A DNA stretch of 60,014 nucleotides, the filler included, from Sphacelaria rigidula (Eukaryota): NCBI GenBank assembly GCA_964200075.2. It is 8 parts of 8 records of this genome, joined end to end, with 100 filler letters (N's around TTAATTAATTAA, not from the genome) between each part and the next. Parts side by side here need not be neighbours in the genome. Positions count along the whole stretch, not along the records: positions 52,601 to 60,014 come from CAXNAA020015038.1; 7 more parts are not named here. One strand, 5' to 3'. The translations under genes and the position numbers were made by a program. This document shows, in pieces, positions 52,702 through 60,014 of this stretch (within the stretch, counting starts at the first letter, position 1; every line of letters starts with the position of its first letter). The notes below the pieces were generated by a model. The model was not told the DNA's origin and ran no database searches. It was given only the letters and a program-made list of their open reading frames with translations.

Positions 52702-53397
52702 CCGTTCAGCTGCGTAGAACTTGATCATGTTGCCGAATTGATTAAGCTACCGATGGACAAGGTGGAGCTGAAGCTCAGCCAGATGATCCTCGACAAGAAG
52801 CTATTGGGTATCCTAGACCAGGGCAAGGGGCAGCTGATCATCTACGAGGAAGCTGTGGGAGATAAGGTGCGGGAAATTGTTTTTCTCCGCTCTTGTGGGT
52901 CTTCCATGATCGGTTTGCTGCTACAATGCGTAGGATGATGGAAAAAAATGTAGTTGATAGCCGTTTTTTTTTTTTGGTTCATGGACACTAAAATATGGCT
53001 CGACCAGACACAGTTAACCCACTCCCCTCGCAGTCTGACATTTGCTCTCGATACCATAGACAGTAAGCGTCATTGTTGTGGTTGCAGTCTCCGTTTGCCA
53101 TGTGCAATCTACCCACGATTTTTCCTTTTTTTCTCGTGCGCACTCCCTGACATATGCGGAAACCTTTTCACCGATACCCATCTTTCCCGCTTTCTCCCGT
53201 TCCATCTCTCACATTTGTTTTTGCAAGTTTTTGACTTCGACTGACTCTTTTTTGTCCGGTGGCATGTTTGTGTGTGCTGTTCATTTTTGGTTGCCCCACA
53301 GGTATTCAGGGATGGACTGGAGGTCATGTCTAACATGGGAGCGGTAGTCGACAGCCTTTTCTCTCGCGTACAAAACAATCTCGTACAGACAATCTAA
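52702..53397 (+). CDS. RPN6: 26S proteasome lid subunit RPN6/PSMD11, last two exons (52702-52866 and 53302-53397)
   Basis: [86 protein letters not shown] matches the PCI-domain end of RPN6 ([23 protein letters not shown]). Canonical GT-AG intron. Confidence 0.95.
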
Positions 53398-54878
53398 CCA
53401 ATGCTGGGCGTGGTGACCTTTCTCCTATGCTCACGATAGTTTAGCAAGATTACAGTACCGGGAATTCATGCGCGGCGCGCGAGGGCGGGGGGGGGGGGGG
53501 CGGAATTCATGGGGTCCGAGCTTGTGGAGGTAAATTTAGCCCGGCGCAGCGAGCCGACACTTTGCCCCATACAAACTGCGCAAGGAGGGACAGCGAAAAA
53601 CATCTTCGTCGCCACAAGTCGACTTACCTTCTTTTTTTTTTCCGTCGCTGCGCTGGTCTAGTCCAAGAGGTGGGGCTTGTGATCAGTCGGCTTGTTCCTT
53701 ATGTGTCCATGTGACCACTGAGGGCGAACACAAGGGAGGTTACTGGTGCAGCTTGGAACTCCTATGGAATGATGCTTGTTATGCGGTTGATCTGTTTGTG
53801 TTGGCATGTGGTCGTTCTCTTCATTGACACTAGCGGAAGTGCTTCTGTTTTCTTGAAAGCGCATGTTTTCGGCAGTATAGAGTATCCCTTACCGAGAGGG
53901 TGTTTTATCCAGCCGGGTACGTACTGCCACAACCGAGGTTGTTTCGTCGGGGCAGCAGCCGCGATGACAAGCAGCCGACCATAAACAGATTTTTCGTGGA
54001 TGTTTGTGCCCAGAATAGGAGGCGCGATGTGCACGTTCGTCCCGTAGTCCTTTGGTGGCCGATATGAATCCAGTTGAGGATGCCCCTGTGCGTGATACCT
54101 GAGGAGCGGAACAGTGGTGCATTCGTAATACCGATTTTATTTTTGCAGTGTCATGAATCTTCCATCATCTGGAATCCACTCCATCCTTGTGGTTGTCCGG
54201 CGTGTCCTTGATATTGCAGGGGTGCTTTATGTCTTGTTCATCTTGAGAACCTATTGGGCCGCGATATGCAGTGCAATTAAAAGTTCAATTCATCGTGCAC
54301 GAATCGTCCATGTCTAGTGCAAGAATGTCCACCCGGCCTTTGTGTCATGCCGACGTTTGAAGTAAGAAGAGTAAGTCGCGTATACTACTTGCTCGTCTCG
54401 CTGTATTTACGGGTTCCCAGCAACCAGTGTGTTTTTGCTTGTTTTCTTTCTTACAACAATGCTCAGAATGGGGGAGAACACGCGTTGGAGTATGAGTGAT
54501 TTGAGGGGTCGATACTACCCGTACAGTGAAGGAACAAGTATTTCACGCCCTACCAAAATATAGATTGCATTGTAGAGAAGTGGACCGCGTACAGTATCGA
54601 TCATTACGTTCAGTGCAATGAACGATAAATTCCATACTGAACGCAAAACACTGTTTGACAATTTCATCTGCTGTCCAGGGTGTGAAGTATTTTCGGCAGG
54701 CGATACCCCACGTACTCCGAAACATCCCGTATGTTCGGTAGGTGCAATGCTCCAGGGATTGTGGAATACCCAGTAAGTATCTTCGGCAGCACACGTGACC
54801 AATCGGCTCCCATCGCGCGTATTATTTTTTCAACGCTCAGAGTATTTCGCAATACACCGCTTCGATCGCTGTTGCGTA

Positions 54879-55346
54879 ATGTTGTGGCACACAGATTTTT
54901 GGCCCACGGATTGTTCATTTTTAGGACGTTTGAGCCACTTTTTGACCCCCAAACAGGGAAAATCGCTAACACACGTCTTGGTCACTTTGCATCACCCCAC
55001 AGAGAGGAGCCTGGCACGCTCTTCAGATTCGCTTGGCTCCAAGGTTTCGAGAGCGGCCGCTCAACATAAACCCGTGTGCAATAAAATCTACGGCGATCTC
55101 CACAGATTTATCAGGGAAACTGGCGGGGGTCGGCAAACACAGCTTTTCGCACACGAATTATTGTTCAGCGGCCAATCTCGAAACCTCGGAGCCAAGCGAA
55201 TCTGAAAAGCAGACTAGGCTCATCTCTGTGGGGTGATGCACAGTGTCCAAGACGTGTGTTGGCGATTTTCTTGTTCGGGGGTCCAAAAGGGGGCCAAACG
55301 TCTCAGAGGTGACAATCCGTGGGCCAAAATCTGTTCGCCACAACAT
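54879..55346. repeat. Long imperfect inverted repeat (arms ~54879-55080 and ~55149-55346), foldback/MITE-like
   Basis: Blocks such as acacacgtcttgg, tgcatcaccccacagag and ttcagattcgcttggctcc recur as reverse complements in mirrored order. Confidence 0.85.
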
Positions 55347-55977
55347 CCGGAATGAAACACTCGAAATGTCGTGCAAAAGTCACGATTCAGGATCTCGGAG
55401 GGCCACCCGGCTTCAGTAGCTGTATTGAAATACGTGGGCACTGCCAGCTAGATGAAGTGTGAAGTGGGCTTGTCTGCAGTCCCCCATGCTGAAATAGGGC
55501 AGATCAATCGTTGCGGGGGAAGCGAATAGTTAAAAAAATGATATCTACAAGGAAAAATGCACTGCAAAGCTCGAGCCAGGTCCAGGAGTGCAACTACTTT
55601 ACCATGACTATCGGGACGTGAAGAGCGGGGAACTACCATCAGTGCACTGTTTGCAAATGAAACGCTGTCAAGACGCGTAGCGTACTTCAGCCCCCCTCGA
55701 AGAAGTTTCCGATTTTTGTCGATTCAGGTTTTACCGCCATGAGCGGAAAACATAGTGTTTGAATGATCTAGGGAAATGGGGATCCACATGTATGCTGCCG
55801 CAGCACAACGCCGCCGCCGCCGCTGCCGCCGCCGCGTTCTCATCATGCATACGATAAATGAACAAATTTGTCCATTAGGTTACGTAGGTATAGAGTTTGT
55901 GGCCCTTTTGACGTCCACAGTCATGCCAGACCAAGGTTCATTGGATCGAACGATTCCAGCGCTTGGCGGGCATTCGG

Positions 55978-56161
55978 AATATTTCACATCCTGAACAATA
56001 TATGGGCAATAGTTGCAATAGACGAGAAGTGTACGGCATAAAGTATAGGCCTATTGCAACTATTGCCGGCCGACAACAGTCGCAATAGGCCTATACTTTA
56101 TGCTGTACGTTTCTTGTCTGTTGCATCTATTGACCATATATTGTCCAAGATGTGGAATATT
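55978..56161. ncRNA. Candidate pre-miRNA/hairpin RNA: 88-bp ungapped stem with an 8-nt loop
   Basis: Arm 55978-56065 pairs without gaps with 56074-56161. There are 12 non-Watson-Crick positions by my count, 6 of them G-U on the + strand. Expression is unknown. Confidence 0.45.
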
Positions 56162-56501
56162 TACAGCGCCGTAGGTCTAGCCGTGTCTGTCGATTGCAGG
56201 TCCTGATGTGCTCAAGTGCAATCCAATGTGATGATAAAACTGGAGACATGGTTTGTGGTCGGTCTGAGCAGCGTTAGTGTATGCATCTTTGGGCTTGGTA
56301 AGGGCATGGATATGGATGACCCCGAAATGGCGGTATATGTGGGTATCGTATCATCCCAGTGTTGTTATAAGAAATAACACTGTAGCAATGATTCCGAAAC
56401 AGGGAATCGAAACATGACTGATTTTCTCTGTCGATACATTACGTTACGCATACTGTCCTTTGGTTTTTCGCTTCGCACTAAGCAGCGCCGGCGACAGCAA
56501 C

Positions 56502-58754
56502 ATGGCCATGGCGTCGATGGGAGTAGACATCCGCGTGCCCCCCGGCTGGGTGGTGGAATCGCAGGCCGTGGATGACAAGAAGTGCATCGGAACTCACAGC
56601 GGATCGTGTGAGTGGTGGCGACGTATTCGTATCCCACCTCTTTCAGTGCAATATTTATTGTAGCTTCTTTCGACACGGGACGCCACATGCGTAGCATCGT
56701 TAGTCATCGTGGTTCATCGTTTGTGTTCAAAATCGAAAGGATTCATTGCATTTGTAGAGCAAACGTGAACATTTGCCAAGCCTCCAGGCGATTCAATCCA
56801 TGGTATTTCGTTCTGTTTTTCGCCTGTACACCCATAAAGTATTGATGTATGGGAAAAGTAATATTTGCAGGCGGTTATTATCATCGTCGGAGGCTTCTTC
56901 TCGAGACAAGTTATTAATTGATACTGAGGATGCATTTCTCCATCTCTTGTCGGCCTCTGTATATCTGGCTTTGTCTGTGTTTGTCTCTCTTTCTGTATCT
57001 TGTTTCCTCTTTTGACCACAAACCGCAACAACAGTTCACTGCGACGAAGCCCTGGCGTGCGCGATGCTCAAACTTCTACCGGAGTGGACCGATGCCGTCG
57101 TCGTCCGCACCAGAGACGAGGCAGAACTCGCCAAATGCGACGTCGTGGTGGATGTAGGCGGCATCTACGACCCAGCGACCCTAAGATTCGACCACCACCA
57201 GAAGACTTTTCACGACACCCTCTCCGAGGAGTCATTTTCCACTCGCCTGTCGAGCGCGGGGCTGGTGTACCGCCACTTTGGGAAACGAATTCTCAAGCTG
57301 ATCGTGGAGGGCAGCGGCATACCGGAAGAGGTCGTGGACAAAAAACTCTACGCCAAGGTTTACAAGGTGTGTACGAGGTTACTCTTGTATCTTGGATTTC
57401 GTACTAGAGGGCGTGCGCTGGTGTTGTGGCCGTTGGAAAGGGAAGGGGATGGAAGGAGGTAGGGTAAGAAGCAATAGCATTTCGTGTGTTGCATAGTCCA
57501 AGTTTTTGCGGCTTGACGACGATTTTATGTGCAGAGCAGCGTGGTAGACCAGGCAAGGCATTTGTTCCGCTGGAGGGGTGGTCTCTTTGGTTACGTCATT
57601 CGCTTCATCTGCTGTGTTTGTACGCTGTCCCATGAAAATTTCTTTTCTATTCATTCACTGTTTCGTCTGTCTGTCTGTCTGTCTGTCTATCTCTCCTCCT
57701 CACACCCACGCCCACACACGTATCACGCATTCTCATGTGCCCATTCCTCTTACGTTGAGTCTTCCGCTTGTGGTTTATGGTGTATTATTCCATGGTGACT
57801 TTTCGTCGGTATACAAAATTAAACTTTGTGTGCGTGTTTGATGCACAGAACTTCATGGAGCATATCGACGCAATCGACAACGGCGTGGACGTAGCATCCA
57901 CCCCCGTCAACTACGACGTATCCACCCACCTCAGCAGCAGGGTGGCGGCGCTCGCCCCTAGGTAACGATTGCCAAGCGTTTCGAGAAACGATCCTAGCAA
58001 TGGAGCCATTGTGGCATTGTAGCACCGACACCAAAACATCGCGACTGTTTCCTGGCGCAAGGAGCAGCGGCAGGGCCGAGAGGGGGGGGGGGGTAGGTGC
58101 CTGTTTTATACGAAATACATCATTTGAACAGGAGGCAAAACGGAGTTTATAGGCTGTATTCAGCACGTGAAGATGTTGAGCAAGTGACACTTGACGGTGC
58201 GCTGAGTTTCAAACAAGGGCTGCATATTTTGGATGAAGATAATTCGAGATTGATCATAGCATCGGGTTCCGTACGCTGACGTCATTATCTCTCGCTGTCT
58301 GTTGAGGCGGAGGTCGGACGTTGTCTTTTGTTGTGTATCTGCGCTTAATCCACCCGCCACCGGTCTTACTTGTGATGTAATGGAGGGGAGCTCTATTTTC
58401 GAGTCTTCCCTTCTTTTTTTGTTTTCCCGTTATTCACGTTCCGGAACAATCGCAAACCCAACACATGGTTTGAAACGAAACCAACCCACTTTACCTTACC
58501 CCCCCTCCGTCGTGTATTGATTCTGTTTGCATTACTGTTCTTATTTTTTTGCTGTGTGAATCTTGTGTAGATGGAACGAGCCCTCCGATCCTGACGGCCC
58601 AACAGGCCATAACGCTAAATTCAAGCAGGCTATGTCTCTGACGGGGGGAGAATTGTGCGCTTATGTGAAGGGCCTGTCCGAGTCATGGTGGCCTGGCAGG
58701 GCAATCGTGGCAGAGTCGTTGGCTCGGCGGTTGGAGGATCACCCTTCGGGCGAG
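56502..58754 (+). CDS. MYG1: MYG1-family (UPF0160) DHH exonuclease, first four exons (56502-56607, 57035-57366, 57849-57961, 58571-58754); 3' end outside the contig
   Basis: Spliced translation [92 protein letters not shown]..HPSGE. All introns are GT-AG and in phase. Confidence 0.95.
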
Positions 58755-59822
58755 GTACGTCCGGTGTATATGTACAGCTGTAAAGTGTATATTTGAATAC
58801 CTTCTGAAAAGCTTCTTGTTGGTGTGGTTCTGTTTTTTTTTCAATCTTGTTTTTGTCTTTGCTGTTTATTTGGAAAGAGCAGAATCTTGTTGAAGCGGTG
58901 TCTGCGTATGTTGTGCTCGTCATCATGTTTTGATCTCACAACATTTTGAGCGTATTTGGTGTGTGTGATCTGTTTTGCACGGCATCCGTCGTCTGCTCAA
59001 CGCTTTGCGTGCGGAGAGGGGCGAGATGAGGGGGGGGGGGGGGGGGGGGAGAACTCNNNNNNNNNNGTGGTGTTGGTTTGTGTGGTTGTTTTGGGGGGCG
59101 AAATGATGACTCTGCGTGACTTTTGTGTGATTTAGCACAGCTGCGTACCCAACCTACCTCGAAGAAGCGATGAAGCAAGCGACTTGATTCCGTTGTGTTG
59201 TTTTGTTACATAAGAATGCACGTTTTTTGTTGAGGCTAACGTTGTTGCGGCGATGCCACAGGGAGGTGAATTTGCCTTACATCGAATACTTCCCGCTTTG
59301 GTCCACACGTACTAGCCAAACAACGTTCTATTCTGTGCTTGATTTGAATATTTCTGTCAGGAGAAACGGTCACCACCGTACGTGCAACCTCAAAAACCCT
59401 CCCCCTCCCCTCCCCTCCCCCCGTCCCCCATAGGGTTGGCGTCGGTTGGCAACGACGCTGCAAGACACTCCATTCACTGCGTAAGCTAGGCAAAAACGTT
59501 ACCGTATTTTTGCGCGCTTGCGTATTTTCTTCCGTAACCATAATTGTGGTCTAGCTAGATCATATTCTGCGGGGTGGACCGCCAACGGGATGATCATACT
59601 ACGTGGTGTTTGAATAGTGAGACACCCGTGAGGCAGTGTATAAGCCGTGGCTGTCCAGAAAGTGGCGATACCAGAGAGTGAAGCAAGCCATCGGAGGCTG
59701 TCATTCAAATGCAAGATAATCAGTACGCATCGGGCCGAACAATCTTAGCAGGATGCACTTCACCCTCCACTCGACTCTCCCAACACATGATTGCGCTTTG
59801 CGCTTGGTGATTGATTGTGAGC

Positions 59823-60014
59823 CTGGTCCGGCGAAAACCCGGCGTACTCCGTTCCGTCTTCGTAGGGATGCGAGTTCAATGGTCACATGACTACGGCATG
59901 AAAAATCATGAGTACATGCACCCTCCCTCCGTCCCCCCCCATCCCCTCCATGCTCCGTCTCGAAAGGGATGCGTGGTCAATGGTCAAATGACTAAGGCAA
60001 GCAACAAATGAGTA
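59823..60014 (+). repeat. Two tandem units of the repeat family seen at 14753-14883 and 52601-52670
   Basis: The gggatgc..caatggtca.atgacta.ggca..atgagta unit occurs at ~59865-59914 and 59966-60014. Confidence 0.85.

Noticed and set aside
52601-60014. Contig 8 as a circular element, given its 49-bp terminal direct repeat
   Set aside because: The two ends differ at 3 of 49 positions and belong to a dispersed repeat also seen at 14753-14883. The contig carries partial housekeeping genes.

Overview
This window is not one locus. It is eight unrelated contigs of almost identical length (7415, 7415, then six of 7414 bp) joined by seven artificial 100-bp spacers (44 N + TTAATTAATTAA + 44 N), so no synteny crosses a spacer. 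The DNA is eukaryotic, intron-rich and dominated by repeats. Its gene style and repeat families suggest a brown alga (Phaeophyceae), which is an inference. Recognisable host genes are the last two exons of proteasome lid subunit RPN6, the first four exons of a MYG1 DHH-family exonuclease, two exons of an HVRxGD-motif fucosyltransferase-like gene, and exons of two unidentified low-complexity proteins. Mobile DNA includes a decayed Ty3/Gypsy pol (PR-RT-RH-INT-chromodomain plus an extra Tudor-like domain), a decayed Ty1/Copia RT-RNase H interrupted by a solo LTR with a 5-bp TSD, a tRNA-derived SINE, several MITE/foldback families and a possible decayed DNA transposase. The best novelty candidates are: (1) the Gypsy integrase tail with a chromodomain followed by a Tudor-like domain; (2) a 184-nt miRNA-like hairpin just upstream of MYG1; (3) a ~250-bp GAC...GTC MITE family with 4-bp TSDs. 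No prokaryotic system, CRISPR array, rRNA or intact tRNA is supported.
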